DNA of 63,938 nt, the filler included, from Raillietiella orientalis (lineage: Eukaryota): the NCBI GenBank assembly GCA_036172245.1. It is 13 parts of 13 records of this genome, joined end to end, with 100 filler letters (N's around TTAATTAATTAA, not from the genome) between each part and the next. Parts side by side here need not be neighbours in the genome. Positions count along the whole stretch, not along the records: positions 36,890 to 41,807 come from JAYWIR010000331.1; positions 41,908 to 46,798 come from JAYWIR010000332.1; positions 46,899 to 51,770 come from JAYWIR010000333.1; 10 more parts are not named here. One strand, given 5' to 3'. Below are positions 37,229 through 48,509 of this stretch, one piece after another; the stretch's first letter is position 1, and every line of letters begins with the position of its first letter. A program made the translations under genes and the position numbers. The notes below the pieces were generated by a model that did not search any database, was not told the DNA's origin, and saw only the letters and a program-made list of their open reading frames with translations.

Positions 37229-38296
37229 ATGAACTACGCCGCCGCTCTGAAACAAAGCGCGCCACGTTCAAGCGACTTCAACATTGGCGATCGCGTTGGC
37301 ACAGTGTCCAATTTTAAAGAAGGGCTTCCATGCGTACACTTTCGAATTCCAAGCTTAACATTCAATGCAGTTAAAGACATATACTCAGGTCTCTTTAACG
37401 CAAAAATCGCTTTCCACACAATCAAGGCCATAATCCCGCATGCAGCAGGTGTCACTATATACAGTGAAAACGAAGACACCATTCACACTCTAAGTACGGA
37501 AGGATTCCACTACAAAGGCAAACTCGTACACGGCAACAGCGAACAAAAATTTACATACGTTTATATACAGGGTGTTAACCCGTACACCACGTGCGAGGAC
37601 ATCCGCAACTTCTTCGGGCAGTTCGGAAAAGTTGCTGACATTCAGCATTGTAGTGTCACGAATGACCCTAATCTGGCCAACCTGTATACTGGCAGATATA
37701 GGGTCAAGATTCAACTTGACGAAAACACAGACATTCCAATGAGAGCCCAAATTGACCAACTTTCAACCAACGTTCAAATTAATTACACGAAGCAGCCTCC
37801 GTTCTGCTCCCACTATCTCACCTTCGGGCACAGGCGTGCGAATTGTACTGAAATACGGTGTGCAATTTGCAAACTAACAGGCAACAGGGCGGACACTTGT
37901 ACTCAAGTACGATGTTCTTTCTGTAGAAAGATAGGACATAAGTCCCGGGAATGTCCTGAATACCACGACTGGATCGCTCCTATCAACACACAAGAAGTAC
38001 CAACCCCACAAATTCAAAACGTTGATACAGCAAATACTCTCATCGATAAGATAGCCACTGAAACCTCGCTTCCAGAACCACAGAAGAAAGACGCCACCCA
38101 AACAAGAAACCAGACCACACCAAAGATAGTTCTTCAACACTTACCCAAAAGCGAAATACAAAACATAACTTCCTTACCGATCCCAGATGTAGAAGAAACG
38201 GACTCAGACACAAGTGCAACACCTGATACAGATGGCAGCACACCTTCGAGGTCTCGTAGCAAGAGACCAAAAAAACAAAAACTCAAAAAACGATGA
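37229..38296 (+). CDS. LINE ORF1 protein (RRM-like region + three CCHC-type knuckles, two degenerate)
   Basis: Open frame with probable ATG at 37229; VYIQGV..IRNFFGQFGKV; CSHYLTFGHRRANC, CAICKLTGNRADTC and CSFCRKIGHKSREC. Confidence 0.88.
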   Translation: MNYAAALKQSAPRSSDFNIGDRVGTVSNFKEGLPCVHFRIPSLTFNAVKDIYSGLFNAKIAFHTIKAIIPHAAGVTIYSENEDTIHTLSTEGFHYKGKLVHGNSEQKFTYVYIQGVNPYTTCEDIRNFFGQFGKVADIQHCSVTNDPNLANLYTGRYRVKIQLDENTDIPMRAQIDQLSTNVQINYTKQPPFCSHYLTFGHRRANCTEIRCAICKLTGNRADTCTQVRCSFCRKIGHKSRECPEYHDWIAPINTQEVPTPQIQNVDTANTLIDKIATETSLPEPQKKDATQTRNQTTPKIVLQHLPKSEIQNITSLPIPDVEETDSDTSATPDTDGSTPSRSRSKRPKKQKLKKR

Positions 38297-41200
38297 ACTC
38301 CGTAACATTATTAAATGCACTTCCACGCATCGACTTGGCCCACATTAACATTAACGGATTAACGAATTTGAATAAAAGACATACACTACTCACAACAATC
38401 AAGAATGCACACATATGCGTGCTTACAGAAACACACGCACCATCTTCGGCCGCAATCGCACATATAGAAAAAGAATTCCACGGGAAAGCTATCTACTCTC
38501 ACGGATATCAGAACACAAGCGGTGTGATGATATTGCTGAAAACAACACTCATACCGGCGGTGCGCGAGATACAAACTTTCACAAAAGGGCGATTAATGAG
38601 CGTCCGTTTTGCATGGTCGAACAACATATCCATCTGTATAATTGCAGCCTACGGGCCTCAACAGAGAAAACTATTCTTTGCAAAACAAATTCGGGAATTC
38701 CTCAAATCACTAGAAAGCGTCGGAACCTTGTTCCTGATTGCAGGAGACTTAAACGTAGACCTCATGCACCCCACACACACCAAACTTGCAACCAGAAATG
38801 CATACCAACGGACACTTCAGGAGATGGACATGCACATTATAAAGTTCGAGAAAACCAGGAAATACGGTATCGACCATATAATTGTATCTTCCACCCTCCG
38901 CACACGCATCAGGAACGCGATAGAAACGCGGAAACTTTTCAGCGACCACCCATTACAAACAGCTACCATTATCACACAAAACCCTAGGAAAAACGTAGCT
39001 ATACATGGTCTCTGCGGTATTCCCCAATGGGTACAGGAAGCCGAGGCAACTCAGCAACTCATCGGAGGATTACTTGCGGAAATCCACATCACCAAATCCC
39101 AAGACTGGGACAACATGAAACACATGATCACAACGTTGCTAACATGGTGCAAAGACGTCATTAGGAAACCTACAAAAAATAGTATCAGACATCAAAGAAT
39201 GGCACACGAAAGATACGATCAACGGCGCATGCAAACAGACCCACAAGTACCAGAAATTAAAAACCTAGAAACAGAAATGTTTGACCTATTCCATGACGGA
39301 GAACACATAAGTGACCAAGAAGAAATTAGAAAGACGATCGCGAAAGAATACAAAACGCACTTCCAAAAAACGAATATAAACCGAAACACAGAGAAACAAT
39401 TCATAGAGAGTCTACGCAACAAGCTAACTGTTCATCAACAGCAGCAATTGCAAGCACCTTTCTCGATGGACGAAGTAAAAGAAGCCTTTCTAGGGCTGAA
39501 TCGGAATGCCGCACCGGGACCCGATGGCATTACGCACCTACACTACGCTTCCCACACAACACAATACAGCAGATTGATGTGGCAACTTACCCAAGCTATA
39601 CACTCCGGCCAACCCCTACCACACTCCTTCCACAACAGTAAAGCAAAACTTGTCCCAAAAAAAGGGGACCCCAAACTCCTAACCAACTGGAGACCGATTT
39701 CAGTATTAAATATCGACTCCAAATGGTTTGCCAAATTATGGGCAAATAGACTACGTAAAATCCTTCCCTCTCTCATCACACCGGAACACACGTGCGGAAT
39801 ACAACACAGACAAGGGGCAGACAATGTTCATACGGTGCAAAACCTAATAGGACTTGCAACGAAAAGCAACATTCCAGTAGCGCTGGTAAGCACCGATCTT
39901 TCCAAAGCGTTTGATTGCGTATCACACGACACACTCCTTCTCATACTTCGAAAATTCGCATTCCCTGAAAACTTCTGTACCTATACACAAGAAATACTGA
40001 GGAATGCAAGCATTAACATAACAGTAAACGGGGCACCCACTTCCAAAATACAGATGGAAAGAGGGGTTCGGCAAGGAGATGCTCTGAGCCCACTCCTCTT
40101 TACACTATACACACAAACGATCACAGATCTCATATACAGAAAGAAACTGTTAGACGGAACTCGAAACCTAGGATCAACACTAACACATTTGGCATACGCG
40201 GACGATTTTATATTTTTCCTCACAAGTCAGCGAGACATCCACAACCTCAGGTTTTTATTTCAACAAATAGAACAAGGGCTAGGCCTCTATCTGAATATTC
40301 AAAAAACAAAGGCGCTGACGTACGCCGTGTTCCCCGACCGATGGCTAGAAGAAGCAAACATAAACATATGCACAACACTCAATTATTTGGGAGTGACTTT
40401 AGGAGAAACAAAACAATTGCAGCCTTTCCGAGAAGCTTTAGAGACGATACGCAGGAAAAGCAGGGTGTTCGTGAACTCCACACTTACGCTCCATGAGAAA
40501 GCTAAAGCGTGGAACACGTACCTCCTGCCCATCTTAACGTATCAACAGCAATTTCATAATATTCGCGCGTACCAACACAAAACCATAAACGCACTAATCC
40601 GAGACCTCCTATGGAGACGCGGAAAACCGAAAGTCAAAATAATGACTCTCTGTTTGCCGACGACCCAGGGAGGCCTAGGCGTGATACATCCCACTGCGGC
40701 AGCCACCAAGTACCACTTGAAAAACGTAATACGTATTGCCGAGAACTGGCAGTCAGTTCACTTCGATTTTTTACGTGAATACGGAAAAAAATACCTAGGA
40801 ACCGACGGATTGTCATCATTACTTACAATTCCGACACGAGGAATCGCAAATTTAAGTCCCACGTGGTCTCTGAAAAGACGCATTTTTGCGAAAGCCCAAC
40901 TTTTAGCCGTGCCGAAAACACGCGAAAACTGGGAAGCAGAGTCGGTCAGCATACTATTAAAATTTCACAACTTCCCACGCGTTATAGAAAAATGGTGCCT
41001 TTCACACCCTAAAACAAACATACACCGCATACTGAACCAAAGCAACCAAGTATCTATCATCCGTAAAAGATTACAACACATACTAGAAGAAACCAACTGG
41101 ACATATAGCACCAAACAATACGAGATATACATCAAAGAACAAAACCAATACACAAAAGCGACCAAAGCAAACATTACATCAAAAATCCCAACTACACATC

Positions 41201-41690
41201 AGTCATGCAACCATTGGAAGGAAACCCTCAATATACACAATATTGAAAATCAGGTGGTATACGCAACCACGCATAGATCGTGGTTGCCACCGGAAGTCAA
41301 GGATACAACCTTTCTCTTCTTTCAGAACGGTCTAAGATGCAGGGCAAGATGCACCACTGGGACACGTCGCAGGCAACCCAGCCTACGTGCAACCAATGCG
41401 GGGAAAAAGAAACTACCGCTCATCTCTTCGAACGCAAACACAATGAACCGAAATGGCACACCGTGCAAAAAGTACTCCAGTTACCAGTAGAACCGGCGCG
41501 ACATACCATTCGGAGGCTCTGTACTTCGGTAAACGGTGCTCCTGTCCTGAATCCACTGCAGAGGTTCTTTATATGCACCTACATCGAAGCAACAATGCGG
41601 AAATGGCACCGCATCCACCAAGGAAGAACAGCATCTGCAATCAACATTGCAGTTGGCCTGGTGTTAAGAGAGAGGGCGATAAGACAATGA
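38293..41690 (+). CDS. LINE ORF2 polyprotein (APE endonuclease, RT, zinc knuckle); single frameshift near 41348
   Basis: 1065-aa ORF 38293-41490 with NING, LTET, AYGP, GDLN, IDH, SDH, APGPDG, WRPIS, DLSKAFD, GVRQGD, YADD and YLG. The C-terminus HHW..CNQCGEKETTAHLFE continues in ORF 41280-41690. Confidence 0.93.
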
Positions 41691-41922
41691 AAGAATATCC
41701 CCATTGCGGTAATAAGCAAACTTATGGACCGATTACGCGAGCATAGACTGATGTAATAACAGAACTAAAATAAACTTCCCTCACCGCAATTGCGGACTGA
41801 GGGCCCTNNNNNNNNNNNNNNNNNNNNNNNNNNNNNNNNNNNNNNNNNNNNTTAATTAATTAANNNNNNNNNNNNNNNNNNNNNNNNNNNNNNNNNNNNN
41901 NNNNNNNGATGCTTTGCGCGCT

Positions 41923-43112
41923 CTAGGGCGGACGTGTTTTCTCGGTGCTCCTCGTGCCAGGAAGTCTCCCCCAGTGCAAGCGTCGTGTGGTTCGGTGGTC
42001 GATCAGGCAGCGTTGCCTGACGCGACCACCAGGGATGGCCAGGGGGCAGCGGAAACGCCGCGCCCAGAGGCGATGGAGAGCCAGGGGGCGGCGGCAACGT
42101 CGCCCCCAGAGGCGATGGAGGTGGGGGCATTCGCCCCCACAGAATCGGTCCCCGCTGCAGCGCGGGCGTGGAGCGCCGTTGTGTCGGCGCCATCGCCTGC
42201 AGCCGCGGCGGAATTGTCGGCCTATGTAGAGGAGACGTACAACCCCTCATTGTTCTACAAGGTAGGCAATTTATATTCTTTAGAGAGTGGGCGCGCCTTC
42301 TCGAAGGGCATGCGCGCTTTCGATGTGAAAGAGGAGGAGCTAAGCGCTATGACCATCCGCAGCGGGGGTGAGTAGGTTGAGGTCATCTGCAAACATGCAA
42401 AGCTGGCCCAACGACTGCTTAAAACCTTTGTTGTGATGGAGACACTGAAGCTCCTCCCAAATACGGCGGAATGCAGTATGGTAGCCCACCTGTTAGGTGT
42501 AAGCGCACGAATGCGCAAAGAAGAGGCTCGCGCCGCTCTGGAACAGTTCGGAACGGTGCACGCGCAGTGGACGAAAGTTACTCCTTCCGAGGACTACACG
42601 TTGCTGCAACACGGCCTCACGGCAGAACGCGTGACCGTTCGGGAGGGCTGCACTCTTTTCCACAAACTGGTGGTCGAGGGCGAAACCGATGACTTCTGGT
42701 ATGTGGGGAAGCCGAAATACTGTGGCTTCTGCAATACGTAGGGCCACCTTAAAAAGACGTGTCCCAACGTGCAGTGCCAAGTATGCGGCACAATGGGACA
42801 CACGAGGGAGGTGTGCCCAAAAGCAGCAGTGCGGGTGGTTTCCAAGAGAAACCTTAAAAAACGCGCCCGGCTGCTGCAGAAGATGCTGGCGGCGAAAGCT
42901 GCTGTCAAGGCTGTGCCACCCGCGTCCAAGTCCCAGGCCGCATGGAGACCCCAGCGAACAACGCCGAACCAGTCGGAGAAAGTAGCCAGGAGCCTGTGTG
43001 GCAGCTGGCAACAGGCGAAAAAAAAAAAAGAACGAAGGTTAGAGAAAAAGCTCGCGTACCGCCAAAAAAAACAGCACGCAAGCGAGCAAATTAAAGAGTG
43101 CAGCGTTATCGT
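41923..43112 (+). mobile_element. GC-rich LINE, intact 5' end + ORF1 cut at CSVIV
   Basis: 5' end CTAGGGCGGACGTGTTTTC; ORF1 pieces 41914-42375, 42433-42741 and 42769-43119; same family as 21594-22954 and 29097-30904. Confidence 0.9.
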
Positions 43113-45556
43113 TTATTAGCCAGTTGCGCCGGGACGTTTATTATAATATCAACTGGGAACTGTGTTCCCAGGCAAGGGGAACAGAATATGGGGAGTAGAT
43201 TTGCCGGAACGCAGTCCGAGCACACTGAGAGTTCGGAACGGGAGGGGAGGGATGATAAATAAATAAATTGGTAGGGAGGGCGGGGACAGGAGTATACAGT
43301 CTAACCGTTCCCATTCTCAGAACCGGCGGTGAATGCCGCCGATCTCCGTCCTCACTTCTGCTCCAAGATGTGGCCACCCAGCAGCCATTTGCAGGTTGCA
43401 GGCTGCGGTGTCGGGGGACCGATGTTGGGACTCCTCGCATCTGCGATACGTGGCGGGCCCTGACAATGGCGCGGACGCAGCAGATGATTGCGACGACCGC
43501 TTCAAGAGAAAGTCCGCCACGGATGTAGAAGCGGCGCATCCAATCCAGTGAGCTGTGTCCAAGCTACAGGAGCGCTGAAGACAGCCGCTGCCACAGCCCC
43601 TGGAGGGCACCGCACTCAAACAGCAAATGCGGAAACGATTCCACCGCTCCGCATTTGACACAGTTCGGGGACGCAACTCCCCCGGAAATCAGGTGCGTCC
43701 GCTGGTTGCAGTACAAACCCCTATGCACCAGCAGAAAAGCGTCCTGCTTCCACCGAAGGGGGAAGAGAGTCGTGTCCAAACACGCAGAAGGGACCACAAG
43801 TTCATCGGTGGGCACCCCGAGGAGCTCACTCCACCGGAGAAGCCCCTTTGCAAGAATGCGAGGTGTGGCAGCGTCTGCCACTTCGCAAGTCCGCCAGCCG
43901 CCCAACAGTCGGGTTTCGCCTGCAATTTCGCAGGTGTTCTCCCACCTCGCCGGCAGGTCACTGTCATCTCGCACCATCAGGGCACACAGTGCTTCGGCGA
44001 GTGGCGTAGCGGCTAGGCGTGTCCACTGGTCCTGGTCTTCCAGCACCTCTCCCACTGGACAGTATGGGGAAAGTTTCACGCAACGGAGTTCCAAACGGGA
44101 CACATCCTGTTGCGCTGCCCAGGACGATAAGGCTTCCTGCCTCCAGGCGTTGAAGTTCGTCGGCCGGCAGGAGATCCACTCATGCTTTCCCAGAAGAGTG
44201 GCGAGCTGCTTCAAAGGGAAGCCGAATCCTCTCTGGGCGCGCTCCGTGCGCACATGCAACGAACGTAGTCCGTCGCCACCCGTGCTGCGCCGCAGCAGCA
44301 GCCGCGCTGGAGCACACCAGGGAGTAGTCCAGAGCTGCGTACAAAGTGCCAGCATGCGGAACTGCACTAGCAGTCCGATCCGCTCCAGCGTCAGGATGCC
44401 CAATCCTGCATCCCGCCGAGGAGCCGCCAAGTCCTTCAGGCGTATCCTGGACCTCGCCGGTCCCCACAGGGCGTTACGCAACAGGCGTTGCGCCCGGCGC
44501 TTAGCCGAGTAGGGAGGGGGACAAACAAAAAAGAGGGGACGGAGGAGGGGGGCAACGAAAATGTTTCACACGAAACCCGTTCCAACAGGAGAAACCTGCC
44601 GCCTTGGAACGGGCCCAGAGCAGTCTCGGCCTTGTGAAGGCAGTCCGACCACGCTTCTGCTGCACAGAAGGCGCCCAACGGAACGACGAGGTGCTTCAAG
44701 CACCTGCCCGTGGGGATCCCCAGGCAAATCCAGTCGGACTGCACCTCTCACGTAGAGCCAACCGGTACAACGGTTGATTTCGTCCTGTTGACGCTCAGGC
44801 CCGCTCCCCGACGAATGAGCTCGAAGAAGTCCTCGAGCCTGGACGCCGGGGTGGACATGGGCAGCAGCAGGAGAAGGTCGTCAGCATAGGCGGCCACGGA
44901 CGGTGTTCCCGAACAGGAGCTCGGCAGGTTGACCAGCGTCAGCCTGTACCTTCTCAGCACCAACTCAAAGAAGATGCTGAAGAGCAGGGGGCTTGAGCTG
45001 TCTCCCTGCCTGATACCCCGCCGTATGGGAATGCCGTACACGTGGCGCCCGCTGAAAGAGATACAGCATAACGCGTGGCGCCAGCAGGAGCGCAAGTAGG
45101 CGATGAGCTGCGTAGGGAGGCCTAGGCGTCCCAGAAGCTCCAGAAGGAGGTCCTGGTTTACGCTGTCGAACGCTTTGCAGAGATCGACGGCGACCGCTAA
45201 GGCTCCCGGCGTTCCATCGTGCCTTGAACACCGTCGCTTTCCTTTGGCAGCGGCGATTTCGGCTGTCTGGCTCTGCTGCGCCACGCGCTGCTGCAACTCG
45301 AACCATGTTCGCGCGAAGAAGAGGTTCGCGTCCATGGACCGCACCGGAACAGCATACGTCTGCTCCGGACTTACCAAGGACTCTGCGATTCTCCCCAGAC
45401 GCGCGACCCATAACCTGGAGAACAACTTGAAGTCCGAATTAACCACTGTGATTGGACGCCAGCTGCTGAGATGGCGCAAATTACCGCCTTTCGGCAGGAG
45501 CCGCACCTTTGTTCAGCGGAAAGAAGCGGGAACATCCCCCTTTTGCCGCATCAGCG
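43113..45556 (-). mobile_element. Divergent GC-rich LINE, 3' part (RT to 3' end)
   Basis: ORFs 44748-45506 (WRPIT, DLCKAFD, YADD) and 43564-44481 (CVKCGAVESFPHLLFEC); ORF2 ends near 43317; AATAAACG-hairpin end at 43142-43113. Confidence 0.92.
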
Positions 45557-45567
45557 ACGGTCGCGTA

Positions 45568-46798
45568 CGGACGTGCTTTTGCGTCACTCCGCGGTAGATT
45601 GGCTTTTGTGTGTTTTTGTTCTGCTGTGCTTCTGTGCTGCAATGGGAGCAAAGAAGAACATCAGCCGCAAAAAGGGAACGCCACCTGCTCCTGAGATGGC
45701 TGCTTCGGCTGCTAGTAAGGAGCCTCTGTCCTCGCCGACAGCGAGGACATTCGCCCAGGTCGCTGCCCTCGCGGCTACGATGGGACCTTCGCCCGACAGC
45801 CCTGAGCTTCAGGCGTATGTAGCAAATGGCTACACACCTGCACTCAGGTATAAGGTAAGTGTCCTTATGCCTGAGCGGGTTGGGCGCGAGTTTGGCCAGG
45901 AACTCCAACGGATTGGAGTTCAAAGAGGCCAACTGGAGTCCATCATGCCCATGAGTGGGTGCGGTTACTGGGAGGTGTCCAGTAAGGACGCTTACCTTAC
46001 GCAGCGTTTGCTGCACACGCCGCTGCTCATTCGTGGTCAGGAAATACTCCCTGTCACAACGGACCAGTCGTTCGTTGTCCGGCTCAGTAGAGTGTGTAAG
46101 GGCCTTTCGGACCTCCAGGTCGTGTAGGCCCTTGGAAAAAACGCTGCCGTCCACGCGTTTTGGAGGCTGCCAAACCCTGCTGAAGGGTTCGAAGACCACC
46201 ACAGCGGGCTCGCGCAAGTGCGAGTGACGATGACGGATCGCCGTGCAATGCCCACGCGACTGCAGGTAAATGGAATGACCGTCCGCTTGTGGTTTGCCGG
46301 GCAAACGCGTGTATGCGCGGAATGCGGGCAGGAGGGTCACCGTATTACGGAGTGTCCCTCGGCCGCTTGCCGTTACTGCCACGAGCACGGGCACACTGAA
46401 GGAACGTGCCCGGAGCTCCTTTTACAAAACAAAAAGCGCAGGAACGAATCGCGTTTCGCATCGCGGAATAATCGAAGCGAATCGAGAGAAAGAAACATCA
46501 AAGCTTCGAAAAGCGTTGCCAAAACCGCGACCACGCACGTGCAGAAAACTGTTTCTCGCCCCCACAAAGAAGGGGTAAAAAACACAAAAAAACTCGTCGC
46601 GGCAAAGCCTCCGGCTATCGACCCGAAGGAAGCTCGCGAAGAATGCGACCTATCTACGCGACCTCGCAGCCAATTGTTGAATGCAGGAGACATCGTGCCG
46701 AAGGTCAAAACGCCTCCTACTGACGCAATCACGACCGCGAAGCCTCGTACCAAGGCCTCGACGAGCCGCGCGGAATGCGGTCGTTCGTCCGATACGGG
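45568..46798 (+). mobile_element. Divergent GC-rich LINE, intact 5' end + ORF1
   Basis: 5' end CGGACGTGCTTTT; ATG at 45642; CAECGQEGHRITEC and CRYCHEHGHTEGTC knuckles; stop at 46127. Confidence 0.88.
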
Positions 46799-46898
46799 NN
46801 NNNNNNNNNNNNNNNNNNNNNNNNNNNNNNNNNNNNNNNNNNTTAATTAATTAANNNNNNNNNNNNNNNNNNNNNNNNNNNNNNNNNNNNNNNNNNNN

Positions 46899-48509
46899 TG
46901 ATGTGCCGTTGGGGGACTACTCCCCTGCGGAAGCATGGTCCAGCTGCCTCCAAAAAGTCGAGACGGCCATCGGCCCGTTCCTGGAAGGCAAGTTTCACCT
47001 GCCGGAACGGGCCGCGGTTCTGAACGCGTTTGCGGTTCTTATCCTCCCTCTGGCTTTTTGTTTGCCTTTTCACCTTGGAAACCAAGAAAAGGACGAAGGA
47101 CCTCCTTCATATCGCCCTTTGAGGCAAGGGGAGGCCTAGAGTCCCACTGAAGGACTTGTGCGCTCCGCGTCGGGACGGCGGCCTTGGCCTCCTGACGCTG
47201 GAGTGCGTGGAGAAGCAGCTGCGGTGGCGAACCCTCGCCATCGCAGCGAAGATGTGGAGCACCCCTTGGTGCACTCCGACCCGCCTCTTGGCCAGTCGTG
47301 TGTCCGGGTGGGATGGACTCTCGTCTTTTCTTCTGAGCCGTGGCCGGAAGATGCGAAGATGCGGCCTACTGCTCGGGCGTATGGCAACATTGGTCAAGGA
47401 GAACAGCTGGATTGTTTGCTGCCCCGCCAACTCTTCCGCCTGGCTGGAGGAGAATATTGGAACGTGGGCAGTGGTAAACCAGAGGAGCCACAAGACGTGG
47501 AATCGTCTCCGATGCAGCCCCTACGCCCGCTGCACGCTGCGGAATCTCCTGGAGAGTTAAGCAAGATGCATGTGGGCGGAGACGACCTACCTAGCCACGG
47601 CGCTGCCCTTCCTGAGGAGGGCACTTCACAGCAGCCGGACCCAAAGGTGGCAAGTCTCCTGCTGCATCGAGGGACGCGAGAAGTTGATCAGCGGCTGGAC
47701 AACAGGAGAACTGGCTGATGCCACGACCCCGAGCGTCGAGCCGCGAGGATTATTAAGATGGGGCGAGCTGCTCGCCATCCCCAGGGATGAGCTGAAGTGG
47801 CCGTCTGTGATGAAGGAATCCAGGATCCTGCCCCTTAAGTGGCAAGAGTCGGCGTTGCTTTTGTTGCACTGGGGTCTACTCTGCAACGCGCGCCGCTTCC
47901 ACTGGACGAGGGGAGCTGTGGTTCCTGCGTGTGCCTGGTGTGGGGAGCGGGAGTCACTCCCCCACCTTATTGTGGATTGTGCTGCCCTCCGATCCCTTTG
48001 GGAACGGTTCGGGACTTCCCTCGGGCTCCCTACAGGCAGCACCCCCAGAGACGTCTTTCGGGCCCTCTTCGTGAAGGACGCACTGCAGCCAGCCGCAGCC
48101 ATCGCAGCCTTGTGCTGCGTCCGTGGCATCGTGACGGCATGAAGCGACGCCAACAACGAAGGAGTGGGTCCACAGGCGAGGGATGTCATCCCGTATGCCC
48201 AACGCTTCTTGCGAAGAGCTGCCGGATGGCCCCAACTGGGGAATATGCAGACAGACCTCGAGGGCTTCCTTTGACGGATGGGCCCTCCCCTTAGCGACCG
48301 GTGATCCCTTCCCTGCCCTCCAACTTCTTTTTGTTTGTTTCTTTTTATTTTTCTTTTTATCTTATCCATATCCCCCTTCGCTGTCGGGGAGTGCCACGCC
48401 GGGCTGCGTCCCGGTGTCCCGTCAGGTCCTGTGTTTACTTTCGTGGTGGGGCCTCGTACCACGCATGCAGAGTTTACAAATAAACGCCCCGGGGGTACCC
48501 GGGTGATAA
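46899..48509 (+). mobile_element. GC-rich LINE, 3' part (late ORF2 + 3' UTR)
   Basis: DGGLGL, CAWCGERESLPHLIVDC; ORF2 ends ~48304; ends AATAAACG-hairpin-TGATAA. Confidence 0.92.

Larger units (their letters stand above)
37154..41807 (+). mobile_element. Near-complete A-rich L1/Tx1-type LINE (distinct family)
   Basis: ORF1 and ORF2 overlap at ATGA; A-rich sense strand; AATAAA at 41769 followed by a hairpin. The 5' boundary is not defined. Confidence 0.93.
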
